Source: Lama glama
Lineage: Eukaryota
NCBI GenBank assembly: GCA_028534125.1
Contig: CM052849.1
Coordinates: 372,001-436,000 of the forward strand
DNA length: 64,000 bases
Direction: 5' to 3'
Part shown: positions 35,601 through 48,340 of the stretch, one piece after another
Numbering within the stretch: position 1 is the stretch's first letter
Layout: each line of letters opens with the position of its first letter
The notes under the pieces: generated by a model
Told to the model about the DNA's origin: nothing
Databases searched by the model: none
The model's input: only the letters and a program-made list of their open reading frames with translations
Position numbers and translations under genes: made by a program

Positions 35601-37563
35601 TGCTTTATGGTCGAGAACAGACCCTTCCTGTCTAGTCCCCCAGGCCCTACACTGACTGTGGGTGACCCTGCAGTCCTGGCTGGGATGAATGGATGCACCC
35701 CACTCAGTGGGAACCCCACACCCCAGGCCTCTGGCTGCGGCCCTGCCCCCAGCCTTGGCCCAGTGCCCGTCCTTGTGGGCTCAGCCAGAAACTACCCCCA
35801 CGGCCGTGGGCATTGTCTGACCACAGCAGGGCTGACGGGGTGAAGATGAGCCCTCTCCAGGCCTGGTCAGTGGTGTGGGGAGCAGGTCTCTATGCTGGCA
35901 GCACAGGGGGACTTGGTGCCCTCCCAGAAGGGTGGGCTCCCATGCCCCTGGGCCTGGGTTCTGCTCCTGCACCATCTCCTCGTCCAGTGGGCTGGGGGTC
36001 TGGTGTGTGAAGGGGGCTCAGCTCGCAGCCAGTCCCCTCCCTTCCCTAGTGGAGGACAGGCACAGTGGGCGGTGTGCCCACAGATGGCCGTGGAGGGTCA
36101 GCTCTGGAGCCCAGGCCTCCCCCTGCCTCCCCTGCCGGCCTGACCCTTAGGAAATTCCTCTAATTCCTCAACCCAGATTGGACTCGGTCCCCATAATTTG
36201 ATTTTCTGGAGCTGGGTTTGGCCGGACTCCTTCTGAGGAGGAATGTCTGGTTCAGCAGGAAGTCGTCAAGTGTGGGCAGGGTTTCAGGGGAGGGTCAGCG
36301 TCTCCCCAGCTCCTCCGAGGTGCCTGCGCTTTCCTGGGGGAGCGAGCATTGGCCATAGCAGTGCCCCCAGGAGCTCCCTCTTTCCAGGACTGTTTCACAG
36401 CCTCGTTCCTGCCCTCCCTTCCATCCACCTAACTGTCCATTCACTCATCCTCCGCTGGCCTCCCGTTCTTCCCCCCGCCCGCTGCCCATGTGCCCACCCA
36501 CCCTCTCCCACAAGCACCCCCTCACCGGCCTCCTACCCTTCATCCTCCATCCACTCACCAGTCCATCCACCTGTCCACTCCTGGGGTGCCCAGGCCTGGA
36601 CCCCTGCCCCAGGATAGGCGAGGCTCATCTCTGTCTTCTTGCTAAATCCACTCCGCGGGTGACAGACGAGTGTGGTGAGGGCTCAGGAAGTCAGGCTGGG
36701 GTCTGGGTAGGGGCGAGGGGTCAGCCCAGCAGGCAGCGTGGGGCCCTGACAGGGAATAGAGGCTGTGAAGGCATCTGCCAGGAAGGAGAGTGAGGGTCAC
36801 TGAGGTCCTGCACATGGCTCTGCCAGCCCCAGGCCCCCAATGGCCACAGCAGAAGTGAGTCTGAGCTTACCTCTGCCCCATCATCTTTGAAGTCTCATGA
36901 TCTGTCTTAAAAGTTCATGCATATTTTGCCTTCCATGTTATCTCATATTTATTGCTTTTAATATAAAAATAGCGTTTTCAGTTGCCATCAGAAAATTTAT
37001 CCTCTGGGGCACTGGGGACCCACGAATGGCACCGTGTCGGGGAATGGGCCTAGGTCTTCCCTGCTTCTGGATGACCCCCCCCAGAAGGTGTCAGTGGCCT
37101 GTCTCCCAGCCACCCCAGTGCTGCCCTCCAGGCCACCAAGGGCATGAGGCTTCGGCCTGCCGGCTTGGTGCCTCCATCCTCAGGCAGACAGAGCTGGGGC
37201 CCCAGCCCCGGGGTCTGCTCTCTTGTGGACAGCTGTGGGACCCTCCCCCACACTGGCCTCTTCCCTCCCTGGGCGTTGGTTTTCCTAGCTGTCATGGTCT
37301 GGGGCTCTGCTGGGCCCCACAGGAAGCAGGGAGCCTGGGTCAGAGCTCCACACGCCACAGGGAGGGAGCCTGCTGCTTCCGGCCAGCCTTGGATTAATGG
37401 CTTTTAATTTAGGATTTAATCAATGTGGCTTCTCTCCAGAGGGCTGGATGCTCTGGTCTGGGAGTGAATCGTAAGATCTGTGAGTAGGGTGGGCGGAGGG
37501 CCTCCGCCCTGGCCCCACCCTGGCCTTGCTCTGCTTTGCCTGCAGCCAGCCAGCATCCTGGTC

Positions 37564-37773
37564 ATGGAGGACTGCAGTGTGCACTCGGCTGCCAGCATCC
37601 TGGCCTCGGTGAAGGAGCAGGAGGCACGCTTCGAGCGGCTGACTCGGGCGCTGGAGCAGGAGCGGCGCCATGTGGCCCTGCAGCTGGAGCGTGCCCAGCA
37701 GCCTGGTGTGGGCAGTGGTGGCATGGGCAGTGGGCAGCCCCTGCCGATGGCCTGGCAACAGCTTGTCCTACAG
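37564..37773 (+). CDS. ARVCF: ARVCF exon 3, first coding exon (exon starts 37546; MEDCSVHSAASILASVKEQEARFERLTRALEQERRHVALQLER...WQQLVLQ; coiled coil)
   Basis: p120-family N-terminal coiled coil; Kozak gtcATGG; donor CAG|gtaaca. Confidence 0.97.
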
Positions 37774-40739
37774 GTAACAGCCTAGTGACTCAGGAAGGGT
37801 GAAAATGTGTGGTCAAGTGGGCAAGCAATCAAGGGGCCCAAGTGGACCACAAGCCAGCATGCAGTGGTTTATTGCAAGACCTCCTGGGGCTTCAGAGGAG
37901 AGGAGGAAAGTGGGACCCCAAAGGGACTAGGAGTCCCCCTCGGGGCTGTGCTGCAGGACACAGCCTAAGCCTCAGAATAGAACTGTCTACCTGAGTGAGC
38001 CCTCAGGGACCAGGCAGCTGGGCAGGGTCTGTTCTCAGCAGTCAGCCTGGTGACACTGAAGGTTCTGCTTCCATGGAGTCTCCCTGCCTTCACTGCAGGT
38101 GTTAGTCAGAGAGTCAGGCCCAGGGGAAGGCTTGGGGATGGCTCCAGCAAGGCCTGGGCTCAACCTGCAGCCCAGAAGGTGACTGGCCATTGCCCAGCTC
38201 AGCCCCAGGAGGTGTGGGCCCTGTCTGCTCTGTGGCCAGACCCTGAGACCTCTGAAGTTGGATGTAGGGTCGGGTTAGGCCTCTTGGGCTCCGCCCCACA
38301 TCCACTGTATCCCTTGCCTAACGTGCAGATGGAGTGACCAGCCCCTGGTTCGATGGGTGCGAGGGGCAGAAGGTGGGAGTGCTGGTGCCTGGAGTTTGTG
38401 TGATTGTTGGGGTTCCTGTGGTTGACTGAGGCTCAGGGCAGGGCACGAGCAAGGCAGAGCTGTCCCTGTCTCAGGAGCTGAGAGGAGGGGAGGGCTCTGG
38501 GTTGGGGTCCACCTTGCATGTCCTCACAGCCAGGCTCAGAGGCCTGGGGGCACTGCGGCCTACGGAGTCCCCTGGGCTTCTTGTAGCATGACCCTAGGGC
38601 CCCCAGCGGTGTCTTTGGCTCCCTGGGCATGGGCAGCAGTGTTGCCCACCTAAACCTGGGAGCCGGATCTCTTCCTGCACATAGACACCCTCCCTTCTCC
38701 AGGGCATCAGGCCGCTGGCTGTGTGGGCCCGGCATCCACGTGCTGGAGGCTTGAGGGCAGCTTGCGCCTCTGTGGCTGGAGAGAAGGGGAGCAAGCTGCT
38801 GGTCTCGGCTGAGATAGGCCCCGTGGACTAGCCTCGCCTCACCTGGGTGTGTGGGGCTTAGAAGCAGCTGACTGTGTCAGGCTGGGGGACCTGGCCTGTG
38901 ATTGCCCCCAGCCTTGATGGCTTCATCAGCCAGTGGGCGACCCACACGCACAGCCCAGCTTGGTGCACAGTCAGAGCCAGAGACATGTCTCCTGAGGGCC
39001 CAGACACACTGGCAGCCCCCACCATTGGATGGCTGTCTTCTCAAGCCCACTGGTGCTGAGGTGTCCGCACAGCCAGTTCATGGGAGGCTGGAACTGAGGC
39101 TAGGTGGGCCTGGATACGAAGTCCACCCCTGTGGCCCCCTGGACCTCAGGCACTCCAAGGGGTGAGGCCTGCCCCCCAGACTTGGCGGGGAGCAGAACAG
39201 CTGGCTGAGCCACATGGGGATAGTGGCAGCCCATGACCCTGAGGCCACCCTTCAGGCGCCAGGCACTCTTTCCAGCCCTCCCAGGCCGGAAGGGGCTCTG
39301 GCCTCCAGCCCAAAGGGCACTGATGAGGGTCAAAACCCCTTCAGGGAGATGTTCCCATCGCCTGGAACTGCCCTGGCCTCCTGAGGGCTTTGGCCTGAAG
39401 ATCAGGCCACCACCCTCCCCGCCCACTGCCCCTCCCCACCCAAGGACCTCCAGGCCTGCCCTTGGTGTTCTTTCTTTTGAGAGGAGATGGTTTCTCAGGC
39501 TGAGATCAGAGGGAGTGTTTTCCCAGGGCTGTGGCTGGATTGACAGGGCTGATGGGGACACTGGGATGTCAGGGCCACATCCAGCTAGCCAGGCCTGGCA
39601 GCCTTTATGTCAGACCTGCTTCTCAGACTCATCTCAGCATGAGGTGCTTGGTTACCCACCTGTGAGCCAGGGCTCCCTGGACCTGGTCCTGGGTGTCAGA
39701 GCCAGGGTCGTGAAGCTTGGAGGCTGGTGGCAAGGCAGGGATTGGAAGGCTGGGTGGTGGGGGTCCTGCTGCTGTGTGCCCTAGGCTGCACCACGGTCCT
39801 GGCTACCTGCCCTTCATCCTCCAGCAGAAGGGGCCCCCCTCCAGATACCTGGAGCAGGGCTGGTCCTCACCCACTGTATGTGTGTGCGTGAGGGTGGGGT
39901 AGGGGTGGGGACACCTTTAGGGACCTAACCAGCTCTAGACTAGGCCAAGATGGGTAAGTGGCTGGGGCACTAGCAGCTGGTGAAATTTGGGAGAAGACAG
40001 AAAGGACTCACATGTAAGCATCCAGGGCAAGTTCCCTCAGGACAGTGGTACAGTCTTCTGCTCCTGCCCCAGGTGGCTCCTCTTAGGGCTGCCATGGATG
40101 CAAGATACAGGAGGCCAGTGGTCAGGACAACTCATGGGAAACTGAGGCTCAGAGGGGCATACTGTGGTCACCCAGAGTGCTTGAGCATGCTGGCTGCATG
40201 GCCTGTGTACATGGCATGTCCTGGAAAAGGAATAGCCCCAGGGGTGGCTTAGTTTTCTAAATGGGGTCTGGGGAGGAGCAGGTGGGAGGCAGGAAGCGGA
40301 AGCCAGGCTTCTCTAGGAAGAGAAGCCCTGACTAACTGCTCCCTCCAGCCACCACTTCCCTGGAGATCAAAGATATGGAGGAGAGAGGGTCTGAGGCCAG
40401 CTGGACCCCACAAGCTTTCGCCCAGGGTCACACAACAGTTGTGCCCTCTCCTCTCCCTTTGATCGGCTCTGACACCTCTCAGGATGGGGGACCCCTGGGC
40501 CTCTGCGTCTTGGTGGGGAGAATTCCGGATAAAGAGGGTCAGTGTAGGGCAGTTTGCTAGGTCCTGGTTGAGCTGTGTGGGGGTGCGTGCTGGGCAGTGG
40601 GCAAAGGCCTGGGGCCAGATCTGGGAGACCCGAAAAACCTCACAACAGTGACATCCCCGTAACTACTGTCGCATCGGCCCTCTTCCACAGCAGGGGAAAC
40701 TGAGTCGCACCCAGGATGGGCAGCTTCTGCTGGCAGGGC

Positions 40740-41700
40740 GGCCTTGCGCGCTGCCCGTGGCCGGACTGCCCTTCCTCTGCCAGAACTTTCCGCAACTGCA
40801 GGAGGGTGCTGTGAACTCTTTTACTGGGGGCAAACCGAGGCCAGGGAAGGAAGACTCAGTGGGGAAGTCCCACCCCTCGGTGGAGGGCGGGGGTGCAGAT
40901 CCGGAGCCCCGGCCCGCGGCAGGGGCGGATGGGCGACCCCGGCCCCAGGCTGCAGAGCCCCGCCCCGCTCGCTTGGCCGTTCACCCCCCCCGCCCCGCCC
41001 GGGCGCGGTGCCTCCCGATTGGCTGCTCGCCGCCCCGCCCCAGCCTGGCTCCGCCCGATTGGCTGCTAGCCGCCCCGCCCCGCCCGATTGGCCGCTAGCC
41101 CCAGGTCGGCCCCGCTGGGAGCGAGTCCGCCGAGCCCGAGCCGAGCGGCCGAGGCACTGGAGCCGAGCCCGGTTTAGCCGCCGCCGCCGGCCCGCGCCCC
41201 CTGCGCTCGGCCCGATGCCGGCCGAACTCAGACAGGTTGGAGGGAACTTGGTCCCGGGCGGGGGCACCGTCCCGGGGGCCGGCGGCGGAGGGCGGGACGC
41301 CGGCCCGCCGGGAGGACCCGCTTTTGTTCGCGGAGCAGCCGGCTGGAGGCGGCTATTGTCTGCACCCCGGGGCCGGGGTCGGGCGGGGCGGCGGAGTGAG
41401 TGCGCCGCCAGGGCCGTGCTGGGAGCGGCCCGGGGAGGGCGGGAGCACCGTGGCCAGCGCCCGGGACAGGTGCCTGGGACGGGTGGTGGGCAGGCCCTTC
41501 CCGAGCGCCCCCTCTGCGCAGGAGGGAGGCCGCGTCTGGAGAGGGTGGCGAGGCTAGGCCTACCCTACACCCCCAAGGCCCCAGCTCCGGGGGCCGCGCA
41601 GGAGCTTCGGCGCTTTAATGGAATCTCTGCAGTGGCAGCGCACGTGGATGGAGGGCTGGGGGATGGCCCTGCACACGTGCGGAGGCGGCGAGGGGGCTTC
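40740..41700 (+). promoter_or_regulatory. ARVCF: Intragenic CpG-island promoter of ARVCF
   Basis: Dense CpG; three ATTGG boxes (41018, 41058, 41087) interleaved with GC boxes. Confidence 0.8.
41215..41235 (+). CDS. ARVCF: ARVCF alternative first coding exon (MPAELRQ)
   Basis: ATG plus 6 codons, then donor CAG|gttgga; phase 0 matches exon 4; directly downstream of the internal promoter. Confidence 0.75.
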
Positions 41701-44700
41701 CTCCCAGCACTGGGGTGGGGGTAAGAAGGCTCCTGGACAGCCAGCACTCTAGCTTAGAGGGGCGGGGTCCACTAACAGGACGGGAAACAGGCTGAGTTTA
41801 GGAGCAAGAAGTGGTGGGAGGTAGATCTCCAACACACCTGCCCACCGGGACAGCTAGGTGCCTACCTCCCCAGAGATGAGGGGCCAGTTCAGGGGAGGTG
41901 GGGAATCTGGGGCCACTGTGGCTGATGGATGTGGACTGGACTTGGGGAAGCTGCGGTGGGTGACAGCCAGCCCTGCTAACCCCCACAAGTTTGCTCCCCC
42001 AGTCTGCTAGGCACCCACTGCCCCTTGGCCTCTTGGCTACTAATGGGGGGGACCACCATGCGCTTGCAGGTGGACTGCTACAGTGGAGGGATGAACTCCA
42101 GGTCAGCCAGGGCTGGGTCCACTGCTATGGACAGCAAGGGAAAGGGTGTCTGTAGCGGCCAAGGACTGTTGCCTGGTGGGAGATGCCTGCCTTGCCTGGC
42201 CTGGGCTCCATCCAGCATGGCCATGCTGGGTGAGGGGTTGGCCTTCCTCCACCCCTCCATTCATCTGTCTAGCAGAAGCCATCTCGTGCTCTCTGGGGGC
42301 CTGGGCAGGGGGTTGTGGGATCCCACTTGAATGCATCCCTGGTGTGTGCCTCTGAGGCCGTGGACAGGGTTGGGCAACCACCCCATGTGTTGTTCTTCAT
42401 GATACAGACTGTGGGTGCGCATCTGTCAAGGGCAGGCGGTGCAGGTGGGTTCATGCCTCTGAGACTCCTATCCAGACCCCCACCAGTTGTGACTTGCTGT
42501 GATTCCTCAGTCCCCTCCTCCCACCATTCCCACATGTACCCCCAGAGGCTGTTGTGGGCTTTTGCCCAGGTGGTGGTCCCTCTGTGTCTCATCCCACATC
42601 TCATTTTTCTGTGCCCACCCCCTCACCTTGGATCTGGTCACAAAGATGGGCACTTTCCCACCTGTCCCATGGCCTGGACACCCCAGGTCCTTCCTGTTTC
42701 CAGATGAGGAAGCTGAGCCCTGGTATGTGATGGGTCCAGGGCCCTCTAGCTCTGGGCCTCTGGGGACCCTCTTGAGAGCAGTGGCAGGTGATTGGGTCCA
42801 CCTTTCTGGGGTACTGGTCACTGTAGCCCCTGACTTGGAACCCTGGGCCAGCCTCCCACCACCTCCTACCACAGATTCAAGGGAATTCATGGGAAACCCC
42901 AGGCATGGACAACAGCCCCTTCCTGAACCAGGCTCAGGGATTATGGACCAGGAGCACCACAGGACAGATTGGGACCCTGGAAGGTGGTGGGAGGCTGGGC
43001 AGCTGTCCCAGTGAGAGAGGCAAGGATGAGGCCAGGGCCGAGGAAGCTTGATGAGACAGTTCAGGACTTGGCAGGCTCTGGGATGTGCTGGAGGGCTGCG
43101 GGTGTGTTGATGTCTGGGGTACCGGGGGAATGTGGGCTGCAGGGCCGGGGTCTCTAAGAGTAGGCTGACCTGCGTAGGTGGACATGGGACATGGGTTCCT
43201 AGAGCAGGGCCTTGAGGCCAGCTGAGAATCCAGGCACCCTGGTCAGTGGCCTCTGCTGAGCACCGACTGTGTGCTGGTGGTCAGTCAGTGACCCCACGTA
43301 CCCACCCTGGGGGTGTTGTGTAGGCACAAGCCGTGGGTCGACCTTGGGGCTCCTTCTATCCTAGGCCTTGGTTCCCTCATCTGCCAGCTCTGAGACTCCC
43401 ATAGCGGACACCTGGGTGGGTGGTTAAGGGAGTCTGGACATGTGGGGAGAAGACAGGATCACGGGGATATGTGTACCAGGTGCTGTCAGGAGAGCCTGCA
43501 GGTTGACATGCTTAGGCCCATGGGCTGGGCCAGGTGCTCACATACATGTGTGTATGTGCACATGCATGTCCAGGGCCCTGTCTGCACATGTGTGCCCAGG
43601 CATGTGTAACGGGGGCCGAGCCTCCCTGTGATCACTGGCTGACTCACGCTCCCGACTGCCTGCCTGCCCGCCTGCCCACCCGCCCTGGTGAAGTCATCGC
43701 CATTTTTAGCTCCCTGAGGTCATTTGCCAGTGGGGGCTCTTAGGACCTTGGGATCCCGCTGCTTGAGCTGGGTGCTGGTGGGTGATGCTGCAGGGTTGCC
43801 AGGCCTTTTTGGGCCCCTGGCTCTCCTTGACCCCATCCTCACGTCCCCCTGACTCTTCACTGGAGCACAGGCAGGGGTGAGAGGCAGCAGCCAGGCTCCT
43901 GTGGCACTGAGATCTGAAATGTGCCCCCAAGCCCCAGCAGCCCACCGCCTGGCTAAGGGTAGGGGCTCTTCTCTGAAAGTGTTAATGTATGCAAATGTAG
44001 GCACAACTGCTAAAGGGCCTAGCCCACTGGACAGCTTGGTCCCTTCCCATCAGTCCTGCTCCCTGCCCCTCCTCTGCACTTGCAACCTTGGGCCTGGTCC
44101 CTTAGGGCCTAGCGGACAGAGCTAGCTGCCTGCCACACTTGCTCCCACGGTTGCCAAATACAGATGGGGCTGCTGGGGCCCCAGCAGGGACAGGCTGTCC
44201 CTGAACCTTCTGCTCCAAAACAATCCCAGCTCCCCAGTGCCCTCAGTGAAGAGCTGCTCTGCCCGGCAGCCCACCAGTGTGTCCCCACTCTGGGCCTCAG
44301 TTTACTTCTCTTTCCCAGAGAGCAGCGTCCCTCCTTCCTGACCAGGCCCCCAGCAGGGGGGCAGGCAGGCTGCTTGCATTCTAAGGCTGTGGCAGCCAAG
44401 GCTGTGTCCCATAAGGGGTAACATTGGGCTAGAAGTTCCCTCCATAGAAGTCCAAAATTCCCCCATTAGCAGTTTTATCTTCTCCCCTCTGTCAGGCCTC
44501 AGTTTTCCTTTTTATAAGCTCACATATTCCCTAAGGCCTTACTTTGTGGGGGATGGGGTTTTTTTCTGTGACCTCTTTCTTCCTCTGTCACCAGAGCCCA
44601 AGGGATTCTCCTAACAAGTTGGTGCAGCTACTCCCTGGACCCCTGAAGATGTTGCAGGATCCCAGCACCTCAACACTGCACAGTTGGGGGGCATGCATTT

Positions 44701-46109
44701 CTTTAGGACAGGACCCCAACTTGGGGAGACTTCACATCTGAGGACCTGGGGAGGCAGGCCCTGAAGACAGCCTTGGACACCTGGCCTTGAGTACCTGGGT
44801 CTGGGGAAAGGAACAGAGCAGGGCTCTGCTTCCAGGCCTTCTCTGAGGCTCAGTTCTGTCTGTGCAGCCCTCAGTCCTGGGGCCCAGGCAGAGGACATAT
44901 CCTGCAAGGCACAGGCCTGTCCTCCTGCTGCCCCAGCCCTGGCTGCCTAGGAATGTACTCCCCCTGTGCCCGCCCACTGGGACTTGGGTTTCAATTCCTG
45001 GCCAGATGCTGATCCTGGGATGTTGGCGTGGTTTGGGGGATCCGTGTGGTCAGAGGCCCAGGGCTAGATTGTGGCTCTTGTGTCCCTGTGCCTCTCAGCA
45101 GTGCAGGGGTCTGGCCCAGCCCTGCTCTGGGCTGGCCTGTCCTCTCTGAATCTTAGTTTCTCCACTGGCAAGTCTGGCCAGTAAGCATGTGGGCTTTACA
45201 AGAGCCTCTGTCCGGAGCTGTCTTGCCTGCAGGGATGTTGGCAAGGGGTGAGGGTGGGGAGACACAGGATGAGAATGAGGCAGGTGGCCAAGAGGTGAGG
45301 GCCAAGGTGGGGGAGACCTGGGAGGTGTGTAGGAAGGGGTTACTGGGGTTCTTGTCAGGAATCAGCTGGGCCCCCTTGGCCTGAATCTGTGCACTCTGAT
45401 ACGACACTGGGGGTGTCTCAGTGAGGGACACCAGGCACTGGCCTGAGTGAGGTAGGGCCAGGCCGAGCCCACTCAACGTCCCAAGAGTGTCCAGACCGGA
45501 AAGAGCGAGGGTATTTTGGTGCTCTGAGTGCACACAGCTTTCTGGGAGCTGGGTATTTCTGTCCTGTGAGGGCGTTTAGCTGGCCTTGGGGAAGGCAGGA
45601 GTCTGGGTGTGGCCCCAGGGAGTCAGTGAACAGTACTGACACTGCCACCCTCTGCACTTGACATTTCTGGGGTGGGCCAGGGAGGAGGCCCAGGACACCA
45701 GGAGGGCCCAGCCAGGGGTGATGAGTGATGCCAGGAAAGCTTCCTGCGGGTCATCCCCTCCCTGTCCCCCACCCCCCACCTCCTTGGGTCTCCAGGAGTT
45801 GCAGCAGACAGGCCTCACAGCTCAGACAGGGCTGCCCACCACTGCACCACTGGGGCCTAGATCCTTACCCACTAGCCCAGCCCAAGGAGGCCCCCAGGAT
45901 GGGGTCCGGCCCCCATGGTCAGCCCCTCGGCTTTCAGAGGCAGAGATGTGCTGCTCTCCTTGCCAGCCAGGGCTGAGACAGATCCTGGGGCAGTGGGTAC
46001 CAGGGTGGAGGGGAGAGGAAGACACCTGGCATCCAGGCCAGCATGAGTGTCTGCACTCCAGGGGTGTTGAGTTCTGGGTCCTCCCACCAACACCTGCTCC
46101 CTTGCTCAG

Positions 46110-46268
46110 GAGCAGAGCCCAGGCAGCCAGGCCTCGCTGGCCACCATGCCAGAGGCGCCCGAGGTGCTGGAGGAGACAGTGACGGTAGAGGAGGATCCTG
46201 GCACCCCCACCTCCCACGTGTCCATCGTCACGTCAGAGGACGGCACCACCCGTCGCACTGAGACCAAG
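46110..46268 (+). CDS. ARVCF: ARVCF exon 4 (159 nt; EQSPGSQASLATMPEAPEVLEETVTVEEDPG...RTETK)
   Basis: Translation; AG/GT boundaries; phase 0-0. Confidence 0.97.
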
Positions 46269-46413
46269 GTACGCTGGGCCCTGCGGTTGGCAGGTAGGCC
46301 GTGCGGAGCAGTCGTCCCCCCTGCCGCGTGGGTACCCACTGTTCGGGTGGAAGGCTGAGGCCACCCTGGCCTCTCCGGCTGCCCAGCCCACCAGCCGCCT
46401 GCTCCCCAACCAG

Positions 46414-46934
46414 GTCACCAAGACGGTCAAGACGGTGACCACACGGACAGTGCGCCAGGTACCTGTGGGCCCAGATGGCCTCCCCTTGCTGGATGGCGGC
46501 CCCCCGCTGGGCCCCTTCACCGATGGCCCTCTGGACCGGCACTTCCTGCTGCGTGGGGGCGGCCCTTCTGCCACGCTCTCCCGTGCCTGCATCAGCAGTG
46601 GGGGCGGCTTTCCCGATGAGCCCCGTGATGTCCCCAGCTACGGCAGCCTGTCCCGTGGGCTGGGCGTGCGGCCCCCCCGTGGAGGCCTCCATGGCCCGGG
46701 TCCCAGCGACGGCTGCTTCACGCTGCCTGGCCGCCGGGAGGCCTTCCCTGCAGGCTCTGAGCCTGTGCCGCCCGCCGGCCGCTCCCAGCCTGAGCGGTTC
46801 CAGGCAGAGCCGTATGGCTTGGAGGACGACACTCGCAGCCTGGCTGCTGAGGATGAGGGTGGCCCGGAGCTGGAGCCTGACTGCAGCACAGCCACAAGGA
46901 GAAGGCCGGACTGTGGGCGAGGCCTTCGGACCAG
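46414..46934 (+). CDS. ARVCF: ARVCF exon 5 (521 nt; VTKTVKTVTTRTVRQVPVGPDG...GRGLRT)
   Basis: Translation; ccaaccag|GT acceptor, CAG|gtgagg donor. Confidence 0.96.
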
Positions 46935-47840
46935 GTGAGGCCACCGTGTGCTGGCACCACCTCTAGGAAGCCTGCCTTCTGCTCCCTGCCACAGGGTCCT
47001 AGCTGCAGGGCTGTGTTAGTCGCACACGTTAGTCTGAATTGGCTTCAGCTCTTCTCAGGCATGTGGCAAGAGCAGGCTCTGGGACAGGGGAGATTACACT
47101 GGGCACCCTCCCCACGAGTCTGGAGCGTAAGAAGCTGATGACAGTGCCCGGTACCTGCTGCCCCTGCTCCAGCCAGATGGCCAGGAAGACACGGGCCCAG
47201 GGGCTCAGCGTGTTTTTCATCCTCTCCCACGTGCACAGTAGCAGCCAGAATGCAGGCTCCCAGCCCTTTTTTTTTTTGGTGGGGTCTCTGGTTCTGTTCC
47301 CTCTGTCCTTGGCTTGTCTGTCTGCAGAGTGGGAACGTGACCACAGCCTGGGTCTGGGTTATGCTTTGTGACCACGGGTGTGACACCTGACCCCACACCC
47401 CACACCCCCCACCCAGCCTCAGTCCCTCCCCTGGGAAGCAGGTTTGACATCTTATGCCCTAGGGAACTGGTGCCTGAAGGCCCCTCATGTGGTCCCACCA
47501 GGATGGCCATGTGCAGGGGTGGGCCTCATGGGAAGGTGAGACCCCAGGCAGAGACAGATGTCTAATAGAAACACGTTTAGCTCAGTATCAGGAAAACTGC
47601 CTGGTGTGGGAGCAAGTGAGCTCCCCGTCTGATAGGGATACAAGCCCTAATGACCGGTGGCTGGTCTTTGGCTCCGTCACTGGTTGTGAGTCAGTTCTCG
47701 CTGGACTGTGCGTGACTTTCGGCTCCAGTGATGCTCTAGGTTCAGCCCCACCCCCGTCCCCAGGGAAGGTGTGATGGGGCAGCTGGGGGCCTTGCCAGCA
47801 GCTGCGAGAGGACGGTCATGCGCCCTGCTCGCCTGCACAG

Positions 47841-48340
47841 GGCCTACGAGGACGTGGTGGATGATGGTGGAGAGATGATGGAGGAGCGGCCCCCGTTCCC
47901 GGCCACAGCGGCGCCCCTGGCCCAGCCCGAACGCGGCAGCCTGGGCAGCCTGGACCGGGCGGTGCGGCGCTCGCCCTCAGTGGACAGTGCCCGCAAGGAG
48001 CCACGCTGGCGGGACCCTGAGCTGCCTGAGGTGCTGGCCATGCTGCGGCACCCTGTGGACCCCGTGAAGGCCAACGCAGCCGCCTATCTACAGCACCTAT
48101 GCTTTGAGAACGAGGGCATCAAGCGTCGCGTGCGGCAGCTGCGGGGGCTGCCGTTGCTCGTGGCTCTGCTGGACCACCCGCGAGCAGAGGTGCGGCGCCG
48201 GGCCTGCGGGGCCCTGCGGAACCTCTCGTACGGCCGGGACTCCGACAACAAGGCCGCCATCCGGGACTGTGGCGGCGTGCCCGCCCTAGTGCGCCTGCTG
48301 CGGGCTGCCCGGGACAGCGAGGTCCGCGAGCTTGTCACAG
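47841..48340 (+). CDS. ARVCF: ARVCF exon 6 (500 nt; first armadillo repeats, WRDPELPEV...EVRELVT)
   Basis: Armadillo motifs [21 protein letters not shown]; AG/GT boundaries. Confidence 0.98.

Noticed and set aside
21250-43996. Further perfect octamers ATGCAAAT at 21250, 26759 and 43989
   Set aside because: Isolated 8-mers without partner motifs; enrichment cannot be established by eye.
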